From positions 16,772 through 80,771 of the forward strand of contig JAJPKF010000006.1 of NCBI GenBank assembly GCA_021323865.1: a stretch of DNA of 64,000 nucleotides. The letters run 5' to 3'. The notes beneath the pieces are model-generated. The model searched no databases. It saw only the letters and a program-made list of their open reading frames with translations, and had not been told where the DNA came from. Position 1 is the stretch's first letter. Each line of letters opens with the position of its first letter. This document shows positions 49,550 through 60,171 of the stretch, piece after piece. This DNA is from Pseudomonadota bacterium. Lineage in GTDB: Bacteria > Chloroflexota > UBA5177 > JAJPKF01. The position numbers and the translations under genes are program-made.

Positions 49550-52177
49550 CTAGGCCGCCCGACCGTGACAGAGCTTGTACTTCTTGCCACTCCCGCAGGG
49601 ACAGGGCTCGTTCCGGCCGACCTTGCCGTTGACGGGCCGTCCGGCGCCACGCGGCAGAGGTTTTCCACGGCGGCCCGGCGCGGGGCTGGACTGACGCGTC
49701 GACGGCCCTGACTCGGGCTGCGGGCCGCCGACCATCTGGGGCTCTTGGTCGTCGGTCTGGATGGTGATGGGACCGAAGAGGATATGGAAGATGTTGTGGG
49801 TGAGGCTGCGTCGGACCTGGGCCTGGAACTCGTCGAACATGTCGAAGGCCTTGCGCTTGTAGACCACCAGCGGGTCCTGCTGGCTGAAGGCGTGAAGCTG
49901 GGCCGCCTCGCGAAGCTCGTCCATGGCGTCGACATGCTGAATCCAGCCCTGGCTGAGGATCTGGAGGAGGACGTTGCGCTCGATCGCGCGAACGATCTCC
50001 TCGCCGACCGCTTCCTCCCGCTCCGCGTAGATCGCCTCGGCGGTGCTGAGGAGGTAGTCCTGCAGCTCCTCCTTCGAGAGCGTCTCCAGCATCTCGACGG
50101 TAAAGTCCGGGGGCGGCTGCGCCACCATGGCCGTGTAGGCGGAAATCAGGCCTTCCAGGTCCCATTCGTCGCTGTGGGTGCTGGCGCAGAAACCGGCCAC
50201 CATCTCCGCGACCTCGTCGCGCATCAGGTTGACGACGGTGTCCCGCACAACCTCGCCTCGAAGGATGTCCTGGCGCTCCGCATAGACGATGTCGCGCTGT
50301 TTGCGAATGACGTCGTCGTATTCGACGAGATGCTTGCGGTAGTCGAAGTTGAAGCCCTCGACCTTGGTCTGCGCGGACTCGATGGTCCGGCTGACCAAGT
50401 TGTGCTCAAGGGGCTCGTCGCCGGTCATGCCGAAGCGCTCCAGCAGGCCCTTGACGCGAGGACCGACGAAGCGGCGCATCAGCTTGTCTTCCAGGGAAAC
50501 AAAGAAACGAGACTCGCCCGGATCTCCCTGACGGCCGGAACGGCCGCGAAGCTGATTGTCGATGCGGCGGGACTCATGACGCTCGGTGCCGACCACCGCC
50601 AGGCCGCCCAGCTCCCTGACGCCTTCGCCAAGGGTGATGTCGACGCCGCGGCCGGCCATGTTGGTGGCCACGGTCACGGCGCCCTTCTGCCCGGCGTTGG
50701 CGATGATGGTCGCCTCTCGCTCGTGCTGTTTGGCGTTCAGCACCTCATGGGGCACGCCTGCGCGAGTAAGGAGGGTGGACAGGATCTCGTTCATCTCGAT
50801 CGAGGTGGTTCCCACCAGGACCGGCTGGCCGGCCTCATGCTTCTCCTTGATCGTCGCCACGACGGCCTTGAACTTGGCCTCCTGGTCTCGATAGACGAGG
50901 TCGGAGTAGTCGGCCCGGACCATGGGCTGGTTGGTGGGAATGGCCACAACGTCGAGGCCGTAGATCTTGTGGAACTCTTCGGCCTCGGTCTCGGCCGTGC
51001 CGGTCATGCCGGCCAGCTTCTCGTACATGCGGAAGTAGTTCTGCAGGGTGATGGTGGCGTGAGTGACGTTCTCACGCTGGATGTTCACGCGCTCCTTGGC
51101 CTCGACCGCCTGATGGAGGCCGTCACTCCAGCGGCGTCCCGGCATGAGCCGGCCGGTGAACTCGTCGACAATGATCACCTCGCCGTCCTGAACCACGTAA
51201 TCCTTGTCTCGCTGGTAGAGCACCTGAGCGCGAACGGCCTGTTCGAGGTAGTTGACTAGCTGGAAGTTCTGCTCGTCGTAGATGTTGGTGATGCCGAGGG
51301 CGCGCTCCATCTTGCCGATGCCGGCCTCGGTGAGACTGACCGATCGAGCCTTCTCGTCGACGGTATAGTCGGCATCGGGACGCAGCCGCGGCGCCAGTTG
51401 GGCGAAGGTGCGATACATCTCCGACGACTCTTCGGCCTCGCCGCTGATGATGAGCGGGGTTCGCGCCTCGTCGATCAGGATGTTGTCGACCTCGTCCACG
51501 ATGGCGTAGTGCAGGTCGCGTTGCACCAGGTCCTCCAGATCGAAGGCCAGGTTGTCGCGCAGGTAGTCGAACCCAAACTCGCTGTTGGTCCCATAGGTGA
51601 CGTGACAGGCGTAGGCGTCCTTGCGCGAGATGGGCGCGAGGTGCCGGAGCCGCTCATCTCCGGCCGACTCGTCGAGGTAGTCGGGATCGTAGCGGACCGA
51701 CATGTCTCCGGCGATGGCCGCAGTGGTCATGCCCAGGGCATGAAAGATCTGGCCCATCCAGCCGCAGTCGCGACGGGCCAGATAGTCGTTGACGGTGACC
51801 AGATGGCAGCCCCTCCCCGTGAGGGCGTTGAGATAGAGGGCGGTGGTGGCGACGAGGGTCTTGCCTTCGCCGGTCTTCATCTCGGCGATCTTGCCCTCAT
51901 GCAAGACGATGCCGCCCACGAGCTGGACATCGTAATGCCGGAGACCCAAGGTGCGCTTGCTGGCCTCGCGGACGGCGGCAAAGGCCTCCACCAGGAGATG
52001 GTCTAGGGACTCCCCGTCCTGGTAGCGGCCGATCAGCTCGGGAGTCTTGTCCCGAAGCTGCTGATCGGTAAGGGCCTCGAACTCGGGCTCGAGGTCGTTG
52101 ATGGCGTCGACATCGGGCTGGACCCGACGAACATACCGGGTGTTTGGGTCACCGGCCAACCTTGTGAGAATGGACAT
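49550..52177 (-). CDS. secA: Protein translocase subunit SecA
   Basis: [32 protein letters not shown] and C-terminal [14 protein letters not shown]. Confidence 0.98.
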   Translation of the reverse strand: MSILTRLAGDPNTRYVRRVQPDVDAINDLEPEFEALTDQQLRDKTPELIGRYQDGESLDHLLVEAFAAVREASKRTLGLRHYDVQLVGGIVLHEGKIAEMKTGEGKTLVATTALYLNALTGRGCHLVTVNDYLARRDCGWMGQIFHALGMTTAAIAGDMSVRYDPDYLDESAGDERLRHLAPISRKDAYACHVTYGTNSEFGFDYLRDNLAFDLEDLVQRDLHYAIVDEVDNILIDEARTPLIISGEAEESSEMYRTFAQLAPRLRPDADYTVDEKARSVSLTEAGIGKMERALGITNIYDEQNFQLVNYLEQAVRAQVLYQRDKDYVVQDGEVIIVDEFTGRLMPGRRWSDGLHQAVEAKERVNIQRENVTHATITLQNYFRMYEKLAGMTGTAETEAEEFHKIYGLDVVAIPTNQPMVRADYSDLVYRDQEAKFKAVVATIKEKHEAGQPVLVGTTSIEMNEILSTLLTRAGVPHEVLNAKQHEREATIIANAGQKGAVTVATNMAGRGVDITLGEGVRELGGLAVVGTERHESRRIDNQLRGRSGRQGDPGESRFFVSLEDKLMRRFVGPRVKGLLERFGMTGDEPLEHNLVSRTIESAQTKVEGFNFDYRKHLVEYDDVIRKQRDIVYAERQDILRGEVVRDTVVNLMRDEVAEMVAGFCASTHSDEWDLEGLISAYTAMVAQPPPDFTVEMLETLSKEELQDYLLSTAEAIYAEREEAVGEEIVRAIERNVLLQILSQGWIQHVDAMDELREAAQLHAFSQQDPLVVYKRKAFDMFDEFQAQVRRSLTHNIFHILFGPITIQTDDQEPQMVGGPQPESGPSTRQSSPAPGRRGKPLPRGAGRPVNGKVGRNEPCPCGSGKKYKLCHGRAA

Positions 52178-52303
52178 GATACCTAACGAGTCGGCTGAAG
52201 TGGCGGCATCGGATGAACGGCTCTAGGCCGTCATCTGACAAAAAGCACCGCCGCTCCGGCCTGGCGGCCCTCGACGGCGATGCTCTGCGAGGATTCTACC
52301 ATT

Positions 52304-52693
52304 TCAGGCCTGGTTATGAGGAGAAATCGCCTCTCCCATCCACTCCGAGAGGCGGCCCAACAGAAACTGGAGATAGGTGAGATTGGCCTGGTCCGTGGTT
52401 CGTATGAGCACCAGCCCATCGGCCGAAAGTTGCCGCAGGACGAAGGTCTCCCGAGGCGTTTCCAGCATCAGTCCGCGGGGGCCGGTGACTTCCGCCACCT
52501 CCAGAAGGCGCGCCGCCGACTGCAGAGCATGGTTGCCCAGGGCGGCAAGCGCCTCGAGGTCGTCGCCGGCGCTGGAACGGCCATGAATCAAGAGGCCATC
52601 ACGGGTTGCGAGCAGGATGGCCCGAACTCCGTAGACGTCCATGAATCGATCGAGGACGTTCGTGATTTCCTCGGGCGACGCGGAGCTGGGCAT
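52304..52693 (-). CDS. Roadblock/LC7 (MglB-like) protein
   Basis: GVRAILLATRDGLLI..LAAL..LET pattern. Confidence 0.78.
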   Translation of the reverse strand: MPSSASPEEITNVLDRFMDVYGVRAILLATRDGLLIHGRSSAGDDLEALAALGNHALQSAARLLEVAEVTGPRGLMLETPRETFVLRQLSADGLVLIRTTDQANLTYLQFLLGRLSEWMGEAISPHNQA

Positions 52694-52747
52694 GTGCCGA
52701 CCTTGCGCTGCGGTTCGCGATTAGTATAGTCATCCGGGGAATGCGGT

Positions 52748-53032
52748 ATGGGATCGAGACGAGCAGCCGGCGGAGCCGCCGCCCTCCTGCAGGAGGCGCA
52801 TGCGATCGAGGTGCTTCTCGACGAGATCGTTCCCGACGAGCGCGACGTCGAGCACTACTGGGACGTCTCGACGCGACTGATCAATCTCGTCCTGAGTCTG
52901 GAGACGCTGGCGGGGATCCGTGCCGGTGAGGACGACCTGGCTCCGGCCCGAGCCGAGCTTTCGGCCATCGAGTCGGCCATTGCCGATATGGCGTCGCACA
53001 CGGGATGGCCAGAGGCCGCGGACTCATGGTGA
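52748..53032 (+). CDS. Small helical hypothetical protein
   Basis: 94-aa acidic helical ORF divergent from the roadblock gene. Confidence 0.5.
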   Translation: MGSRRAAGGAAALLQEAHAIEVLLDEIVPDERDVEHYWDVSTRLINLVLSLETLAGIRAGEDDLAPARAELSAIESAIADMASHTGWPEAADSW

Positions 53033-53046
53033 CTTCCGCGTGGTGG

Positions 53047-53415
53047 CTAGGAAGCTCGGGCCGACTCGGCCTGTTCTCGCTCACGCTCCTGGCGCAGAGC
53101 CGTGCGGTGGCTCAGGCCGTCACGCCAGCAGCGCAGCTCGCTGAGCATGCAGACGTGCTGCTCCTCGACGGTCTCGGGGGGCGTTTCTCGGAGACAGTAG
53201 ATCTCATAGAGGACCACCTCCCGCCCGACTGCCCGGATGGGGTCCGGGGCAACCCAGTTCTCGCGATAGAAGGGGCAGGCCCCCTCGTGGCGGCGGAAGC
53301 GGCGCTGATCGCGGATCAATGGGACTTGGAAACGCGCGACATGGTGCCGAATTCTAGCAATTCGACCCTCCAATTTCGAAATGCACCGGCGGTGCTCGTG
53401 GCCTATCGGCGGCAT
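53047..53415 (-). CDS. Cys-containing hypothetical protein
   Basis: ACPFYRENW..YCL..CM...CWR; start uncertain. Confidence 0.5.
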   Translation of the reverse strand: MPPIGHEHRRCISKLEGRIARIRHHVARFQVPLIRDQRRFRRHEGACPFYRENWVAPDPIRAVGREVVLYEIYCLRETPPETVEEQHVCMLSELRCWRDGLSHRTALRQEREREQAESARAS

Positions 53416-53816
53416 CCTTCAGCGGCTGGTCTCAGCCGCGGGAGGAACACCCGGAAGCGATCGGACAGGCATGGCGGGGCCGCCGCGGGGTCGTATCGGC
53501 GGTGCTGCCGAGGGGATCTGAATCCAGCGTCGGCCCCAACCTGTGGGCGGCCGCGCCCCCATCTGGTTTCTGCTGGCCAGGTATCCGCCCCGGTGCTGCC
53601 GTGTCGAATCTATTGGTGTGCCGACTCTGTCGGCGATTGGATCCTGGTCGCCGGCAGCGTCTGCCTGCTCGGCATCCCCTCTTGTATCTGGAAGCGACGA
53701 GCCCTCAGTCGGCGCTCGTGTTCAACGCGGTGCTTATGTGGGCCTATGAGACGCGGACAGCCGACAGGGGGTAGTGGGCGGATCGGGTGGTCTGCGTCGC
53801 TCGCTGTGGGACCGGG

Positions 53817-54740
53817 TCAGAACCCCATGACCCGGAGCAGCTCTCGCACGGCATCCGCGGACTTCTGCAGCGCAGCTCCGTCCTCATCGCCGAGATCGAA
53901 CTCCACGATCCGCTCGACTCCGCCGGACCCGAGCACCACGGGCACGCCCAGGTACACGTCGCGCTGTCCGTATTCGCCTGAGAGGTAGACCGACGCGCCC
54001 AGCAGGCGTCGCTCGTCCCACAGGATCGAGTCGACCATGTCGAGGAACGCTGCTGCCGGAGCATAGTAGGCGCTCCGGCCCAGAAGATTCACGACCTCGG
54101 CTCCCCCGTCCCGAGTTCTGCGCACCAGCCGGTCGATGGTGGCCGGATCCATGAGCTGGGGCAGCGGAACGCCGTTGACAGTGGTGAAGCCGGGAAGGGG
54201 CACCATCTGATCCCCGTGGCCGCCGAGCACGAGGGCGGTCACGTCCTTTACGGAAACGCCCAACTCGGCGGCGATGAAGGTTCGGAAGCGCGCCGAATCG
54301 AGCACGCCGGCCTGCCCGATGACCCGGCGAGGCTCGAATCCCGTTTCCTTCATGGCCAGATAGGCCATCGCGTCCAGCGGATTGGTCATGATCAGGACCA
54401 GGCTGCTGGGGCAGAGGGTTCTGACATGCCCCATGACTTCGCGGATGATCTCCGCATTGACACGGACCAGGTCGTCGCGGCTCATGCCCGGCTTGCGGGG
54501 AAGGCCGGCGGTGACGAGCACCAGATCCGAGCCCTCGATGTCCTCGTAGCGGTTGGACCCGCGAACCTGGGCATCGAAGCCGACGATTGGCCCGCACTGG
54601 GAGATGTCGAGCGCCACGCCCTGGGGCAGGTTCTCCACCACGTCGACCAATAGGATGTCGGCGTAGTTGCGTTCGGCGAGCGCCCGCGCGGTGGATGCGC
54701 CGACCGCGCCCGCCCCGATGATGCTGATGCTGCGTCGCAT
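53817..54740 (-). CDS. mdh: Malate dehydrogenase (LDH-like)
   Basis: IGAGAVG, AGLPRKPGMSRDDL, NPLD, LDSAR and GGHGD. Confidence 0.95.
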   Translation of the reverse strand: MRRSISIIGAGAVGASTARALAERNYADILLVDVVENLPQGVALDISQCGPIVGFDAQVRGSNRYEDIEGSDLVLVTAGLPRKPGMSRDDLVRVNAEIIREVMGHVRTLCPSSLVLIMTNPLDAMAYLAMKETGFEPRRVIGQAGVLDSARFRTFIAAELGVSVKDVTALVLGGHGDQMVPLPGFTTVNGVPLPQLMDPATIDRLVRRTRDGGAEVVNLLGRSAYYAPAAAFLDMVDSILWDERRLLGASVYLSGEYGQRDVYLGVPVVLGSGGVERIVEFDLGDEDGAALQKSADAVRELLRVMGF

Positions 54741-54805
54741 GAAGCTTCTCCTCCTCCCAGGTTGGCGGCCATTCGATTCTGCATCCCCGACGCCGGTCGG
54801 GCCGG

Positions 54806-55834
54806 CTACGTGCCCTTGTTGCCGTCCAGGACCCGGGCATATGCGTCGAGGTAGCCATCCGTCATGGCTGCCACCGAGAAGCGCTCTTCCACCCGCTTCC
54901 GGCAGGCGGCGCGGCTGATGCGGCCGATCTGGCCTACGGCCTCCACTGCCGCTTCGACGTCGGGAACCACGAAACCAGTCTCGCCATCGGCGACGACCTC
55001 GGACACGGACCCAAGATCGATGCCGATAACCGGTGTGCCGGTGGCCATGGACTCGGCCATGGCCAGACCGAAGCGCTCCGGTATGGTCGTCAGGTGCAGG
55101 CTCGCCAGCGCGCCACCCAGGAGCTGATCGCGCTCCACGGGACCGACCGGTCCCTCGAATCGGATCTGCCGGCCGTCCAGGTGCGGCTCGATCTCCTGCC
55201 GAAAGTAGTCCTCATCCTGGATGATGCCGGCGATGCGAAGCTCCCGGTCGGTTTGGCGCGCCACCTCTATGGCGAGGTGCACGCCCTTGTCCGGATGTAT
55301 CCGCCCCACGAACGCCAGGTATGTCCGAGGCCTGGGACAAAAGGTGAAATCTTCGAGCTTAATGCCGTTATAGACGGTGCGCACGTAGGGCAGGTGGGGG
55401 TCTCGGTCGGCGTCGCTGATGGACACAAAGAAGGTCTCGCGGTACTTCCGGTAGACCAGGCGATATTGATCGATGGAGAATCCATGCACCGTAGTGAGCA
55501 TGGGCGTGGAAATGAGACGGCTGTAGGTGAGCGGCATGAAATCGAAGCTGTTGTGGATCAGGTCGAAGCCCGACGCCTGTTCCATGGCCTGGGAGATGTG
55601 CAGGTATTCCCAGACCTTGGGGTCGAGGTTGGCATCCTCCTCCCAGGCGTATGGCGCCACCGCCGCCAGCCTGCCTGCGGTGAGTGAGTCCCGGGTTGCA
55701 AACAGGGTGACATCAATGTTGCGCCTGATCAATTCCTCGGCGAGGTTTGTGACCACTGTTTCCCAGGCGCCGTAGTGTCGTGGTGGCGTCCGCCAAGAGA
55801 TCGGTCCAAGGATTGCAAGTCGAATGGAAGTCAT
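54806..55834 (-). CDS. GT4 glycosyltransferase
   Basis: PPRHYG, GRIHPDKG and ERFGLAMAESMATGTPVI. Confidence 0.9.
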   Translation of the reverse strand: MTSIRLAILGPISWRTPPRHYGAWETVVTNLAEELIRRNIDVTLFATRDSLTAGRLAAVAPYAWEEDANLDPKVWEYLHISQAMEQASGFDLIHNSFDFMPLTYSRLISTPMLTTVHGFSIDQYRLVYRKYRETFFVSISDADRDPHLPYVRTVYNGIKLEDFTFCPRPRTYLAFVGRIHPDKGVHLAIEVARQTDRELRIAGIIQDEDYFRQEIEPHLDGRQIRFEGPVGPVERDQLLGGALASLHLTTIPERFGLAMAESMATGTPVIGIDLGSVSEVVADGETGFVVPDVEAAVEAVGQIGRISRAACRKRVEERFSVAAMTDGYLDAYARVLDGNKGT

Positions 55835-55990
55835 CCTCCCGGCCCTCGGCAGCACACGTCCGCCCCGCCGACCGATTCTAGGGACCAACCTATAATCTTC
55901 TGTAGCTGAAGGGCTGAAGTCTGTCCAGCTCCGTGATGGCGCCGCGATGCCGGCCGGGAGCCCTGGCAAGCCCCCACAGGAAGAGAACGC

Positions 55991-56503
55991 ATGGATAGCC
56001 TGCGAGGAGGCCCGAGTGCGGCCGCCTCAACACTCGGCCGGTACCTCCCGCTCATGAGCGTGGCCGCCCTGGTCCTGGTGATCGACCAATGGACCAAGGC
56101 GGTGGTTACAGGCTACGTCAACGCCCGGGGTGGCGCGCCCGTGCCCATTCTCGGCGGCGACGTGCTGATCGATCTGGTGCACAACACCGGAGCCGCGTTC
56201 GGAGTGCTGCCCAATCAGACGGTGCTGTTCATCGTCATCGCCATGGCCATCGTCACGGCTCTGATGCTGTCCTACCGGCGGCTGGCGCAGGGCCCGATGG
56301 CGCTCCGACTCGGTCTCGGTCTCATCCTCGGAGGCGCTCTCGGCAATTTGGCCGACCGGGTTCGGTTTGGCTATGTCGTGGACTTCATCGACGTTCGTTG
56401 GTGGCCGGTGTTCAACCTAGCCGACAGCTGTATTGTCATCGGAGTCATACTCCTGGTGGTCACCCTGACGCTGCAAGTCGAACGGCGGGTCGAGCAGACC
56501 TGA
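55991..56503 (+). CDS. lspA: Lipoprotein signal peptidase
   Basis: DQWTK, NTGAAFG, GGALGNLADR, VVDFI and FNLAD. Confidence 0.96.
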   Translation: MDSLRGGPSAAASTLGRYLPLMSVAALVLVIDQWTKAVVTGYVNARGGAPVPILGGDVLIDLVHNTGAAFGVLPNQTVLFIVIAMAIVTALMLSYRRLAQGPMALRLGLGLILGGALGNLADRVRFGYVVDFIDVRWWPVFNLADSCIVIGVILLVVTLTLQVERRVEQT

Positions 56504-57426
56504 CGCCGATCCGGAAGATCCGTATCGATGCTCGAGATGCGGGACGACGGCTGGACCATGTCGTCGCCGAATCGGTCGAGGGTCTGTCCCGGGCGCTTGG
56601 TCAGAAGCTGATCCGCGACGGGTTGGTGACCGTCAACGGCGAGGCGGCCCGCCCCTCGACGCGAGTGCTGGCCGGCGACACGGTGCGCGTGAAGGCCCAG
56701 GTGCCGCCAAGCTTGAACGCGGCGCCCGAGCATCTCGATTTGCAGATCGTCTACGAGGACGAATCGCTGGCCGTGATCGACAAGCCGGCCGGCCTCGTCG
56801 TGCATCCCGCCGCGGGGCATGCATCGGGGACGCTGGTCAATGCCTTGGTGTCTCGGTACCCGCACCTGGAGGCTGCCGGGAGCGCTCGACCCGGCATCGT
56901 CCACCGGCTCGACAAGGACACCTCGGGACTCATGGTGGTTGCCCTCAGTCCCCAGGCCCAGCTCCATCTGGCCGATCAGCTCCGCCGGCGCACCATGCAC
57001 CGAACCTATACGGCCCTGGTGTGGGGACGTTTGGAGCCGGAGCGGGCCATGATCGACGTTCCCATCGGCCGCGATCCGTCGGGAAGGCGGCGCATGGCCG
57101 CCGGTCCACGGTCCATCGCCGCCCGGGACGCCCGGACGCGTTACCGCGTTCTGCAGTATCTTTCCGAATTCAGCCTCTTGGAGGTGGATCTGGAGACGGG
57201 CCGCACCCACCAGATTCGCGTGCATCTCGCCTACGTCGGTCACCCGATCGTCGGCGATGGGACCTATGCGAATCGTCCCTGGGCTGATCTCAACCGGCAG
57301 TTTCTCCACGCGTCGAAGCTGGAGCTGCAGCATCCGACAACGAGTGATGGGATGACCTTCACCGCGCCTTTGCCGCGCGAGCTGACGACATTCTTGGACG
57401 CCGCGCGGCGGGTTACTCCGGACTGA
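56500..57426 (+). CDS. rluD: RluA/RluD pseudouridine synthase
   Basis: S4 domain RLD, KPAGLVVHP, HRLDKDTSG and GRTHQIR; CTG start inferred. Confidence 0.9.
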   Translation: MTPIRKIRIDARDAGRRLDHVVAESVEGLSRALGQKLIRDGLVTVNGEAARPSTRVLAGDTVRVKAQVPPSLNAAPEHLDLQIVYEDESLAVIDKPAGLVVHPAAGHASGTLVNALVSRYPHLEAAGSARPGIVHRLDKDTSGLMVVALSPQAQLHLADQLRRRTMHRTYTALVWGRLEPERAMIDVPIGRDPSGRRRMAAGPRSIAARDARTRYRVLQYLSEFSLLEVDLETGRTHQIRVHLAYVGHPIVGDGTYANRPWADLNRQFLHASKLELQHPTTSDGMTFTAPLPRELTTFLDAARRVTPD

Positions 57427-57438
57427 GGACCGGCCGGC

Positions 57439-59829
57439 CTAGCTCGAGGTCTGCGGCGGGTTGTAGGTGATGCGGATCCGGAGCGGGCGCACCGAATACG
57501 GGCGCAGATTGGGCTGGGTGTGGAAGGCCGACCACATGGGAGTGGCGGTCTGATCGAAAGCGCTCATCGGCTGAAGGCCGAGGAGCTTCTCAATCGTCAG
57601 CAGCATGGAATTGTTGTCGTAGAGCCCCGAGTTGACCGTCGGGTGGGGTACCTGGGTATAGGGACTGATGATGAGGCACTCGGTGCGCTGGGCATTGACG
57701 TGATCGGCCGCGCCCTGTGCGTCGTCCTGGGTGATGAAGATGGCCGTGCTCGACCAGTAGGGGCTGTGACTAACGGCGTCGACGATCTTGCCCACCGCCT
57801 GATCATTGAGCGCCACATAGCTGGCGGGAGTGGGGAGCCGAGGGGCGGTGCTCTGAGTGTGGTCTCCGGGAAGGGCAATAATCTCGAGATTGGGAAGATC
57901 GTGGTTGGCCACGAATTGCTGGAACTCCGAGTCCCATTCGAGGAAGCGATCGCCATCGCTATATCGCGGATCGTCGCCACGATAGTGGACGTCGGAGTGG
58001 CCGATCAGCGCCGGCACCGTCGGCCTCGGCGAGGATGGCGGAAGGCAGACGACCTTGCCCTTGTGCACGTGCGTCCGGAAGTAGTGATAGGCAAGGGGCC
58101 CGGGGCACTGCGAGGCATCGGAGGTATTGATCACGGTGTATCCCGGCTGGGTGTAGCGGAAGAACTCACCGTAATCGCGGTAGGTGATACCGGCTTGGGC
58201 GGCCCGATCCCAGAGATAGCCACCGGGCGAGAGATCGGCGGCGAGGACGCCCTGGGAATAGCCGTTGGGAATGCGGTGGCCGTAGGTCTCCGGCCACATC
58301 TTCATGTTGAAGTCGTCGTCATTGGCGGACATCGCCCAGTTGTGTCCGTCGGCGCTCGATTGCCCGTCGTCGTAGAAGTTGTCGAAGATGCCGAATCGCG
58401 CGGCCAGGTCGTGCAGGTTTGGCGTCACGGTAGCGGGATACTTCGTGAGGGAGCGATCGCCGTTGGCAATCCCGATATCGCCGAAGACCTGGTCGTAGGT
58501 CTGGTTCTCCTTGACGATGTAGATGACGTGCTGGATGGGGCTCGCCCCGGCCGCGAACGGGTCGCGCGAGGGCGAGGAGCTGGCTTCGCTCCCCGGATGC
58601 TTGATGTTGTCGTCGACCGCCACTCGACGGCTCAGCCGCTTCAGGTGCTTCAGATCGGGCACGCCGAAGATCGAGAGCGTGCCGTTGACGGGGTTGTGAT
58701 AGTGACCGTCGTTGAGGTCCCCGTTGGCGGTCGGGCCGTCGCCCTCGCCGTTGAGCACGAAGAGCTGGCGGCCGCTGGGGCCGAGTGTGGCCGAGGTGGG
58801 ATATTCGGCCGTGGGAATCCACCCCAACACCTTGCCGTGCCGGCCCAGGGACCTGAGGCCAATGACGGCGACCGCGTTGGCGCCGGCGCAGGCCACGTAG
58901 AGATACTTGCCGTTCGGCGAGACGGCCATCCCCTGCGGTGAGCTGCCCAGGAGGGCATGCGGAAACAAGCGGACCGAGATGCGATCAACGACGTGATTCG
59001 TCTGTGTGAAGATGATGGAAATCTTGTCCGCGTTGGTGTCGGCCACGTAGAGATATTGGTGCGGGCCTTCGACCATGAACGTTGGATGGGCCGAGACCAG
59101 GATTCGCGTATCGGTCAGCAGCGCTCGCGGGTCCATGACGGTCAGCCAGTGGGACGCCCAGTTGGAGACGTAGAGCCGGCGATCGTGGAAGCCGGCGACC
59201 ACCGTATACGGCCGGCTGCCGGCGGGCAGAATCTTGATGACTTGATTCGTCCGCACATCGATGACGGCAACGGACCGGGCATTCTCCTCGGCCACGAATA
59301 GCCGCTCGCCAACCAGGGCCATGCCGGCGGGAAAGGGGTTGGGCGTTGTCGGCGTCACCAAACTGATGTCGGGCCCGGGAGTGAGCATCCCGTCGGAAGA
59401 GACGGAGTAGGTGTGCACGACGTTCTGCGCGCCGCCGGAGGCATAGGCCTCGGTACCTGTCCGGTTGAAGGCCAAGCCCACGAAGAGGCTCTCGGGGAAG
59501 GGGTACGGTATCGTCTGAATCACCTGGCTCGACGCCGTCGAGACGACCAGAATGTCTTGCTCGTACCGGCCGTCCTGGCTGACCAGCAGCTCTTTGCCAT
59601 CTGGAGAGAGCACCGCGTTCAAAGGCAAGCCACCCAGCGGCATCTCGTGACCCGCCGGGGTGATTATGCGCCCGTCGACGAGGCGGTAGGCGTTGGCCGC
59701 GATGGGACCGGGTGTGTCACCGGCCGTGCTCGAGGCGGCAGTGGAGGTCGCCCTCCAGCTGCCGGCGAGAGCGAGGGCGCCCAGGATCGCGAGGATGAGC
59801 GCCAGCTTATTTCGGCGTTTCTCCGGCAT
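57439..59829 (-). CDS. Secreted YncE beta-propeller plus phosphoesterase (PLC-like)
   Basis: Signal peptide; HVIYIVKENQTYDQVFGD, FDNFY, SADGHNW and DDAQG.ADHV. Confidence 0.85.
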   Translation of the reverse strand: MPEKRRNKLALILAILGALALAGSWRATSTAASSTAGDTPGPIAANAYRLVDGRIITPAGHEMPLGGLPLNAVLSPDGKELLVSQDGRYEQDILVVSTASSQVIQTIPYPFPESLFVGLAFNRTGTEAYASGGAQNVVHTYSVSSDGMLTPGPDISLVTPTTPNPFPAGMALVGERLFVAEENARSVAVIDVRTNQVIKILPAGSRPYTVVAGFHDRRLYVSNWASHWLTVMDPRALLTDTRILVSAHPTFMVEGPHQYLYVADTNADKISIIFTQTNHVVDRISVRLFPHALLGSSPQGMAVSPNGKYLYVACAGANAVAVIGLRSLGRHGKVLGWIPTAEYPTSATLGPSGRQLFVLNGEGDGPTANGDLNDGHYHNPVNGTLSIFGVPDLKHLKRLSRRVAVDDNIKHPGSEASSSPSRDPFAAGASPIQHVIYIVKENQTYDQVFGDIGIANGDRSLTKYPATVTPNLHDLAARFGIFDNFYDDGQSSADGHNWAMSANDDDFNMKMWPETYGHRIPNGYSQGVLAADLSPGGYLWDRAAQAGITYRDYGEFFRYTQPGYTVINTSDASQCPGPLAYHYFRTHVHKGKVVCLPPSSPRPTVPALIGHSDVHYRGDDPRYSDGDRFLEWDSEFQQFVANHDLPNLEIIALPGDHTQSTAPRLPTPASYVALNDQAVGKIVDAVSHSPYWSSTAIFITQDDAQGAADHVNAQRTECLIISPYTQVPHPTVNSGLYDNNSMLLTIEKLLGLQPMSAFDQTATPMWSAFHTQPNLRPYSVRPLRIRITYNPPQTSS

Positions 59830-60171
59830 CGACGCCTCGCTGGCTAGGTGGATAGAATTCGTATCTCAGACGTATTTTCCCATCCATGGCAATCTCCGTG
59901 CCTTGCTGGACAGTCTGCTCTCAGTGGCTTCGGCAGGCCGTCAGAACGCTATGGTTAGACCGGCCATCGGCCTTGGGAGGGCGACAGGTGCGGCTACTCG
60001 ATGGCCAACAGATCCGCGATGCCATCGGGCAGATGATCGATCCCCCGAGCTCTTTGACGACGATGGCGATGAGCGGTGACCGCTCTGCGACCATGGTACG
60101 GGCCTGTTGCTCAGCGGGCCGCTCTGACCTGACCGTGGCCGGTGAGGCCACCACGAGAGGGTCGATCCTGG

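Noticed and set aside
53005-53988. 327-aa + strand ORF and hydrophobic fragments at 53500-53780
   Set aside because: Overlaps mdh and the Cys-containing ORF on the opposite strand; fragments may be a decayed membrane gene but are not identifiable
59886-60170. Short ORF with GGGAGG RBS (VRLLDGQQIRDAIGQM...)
   Set aside because: No recognisable family; possible gene remnant, insufficient support
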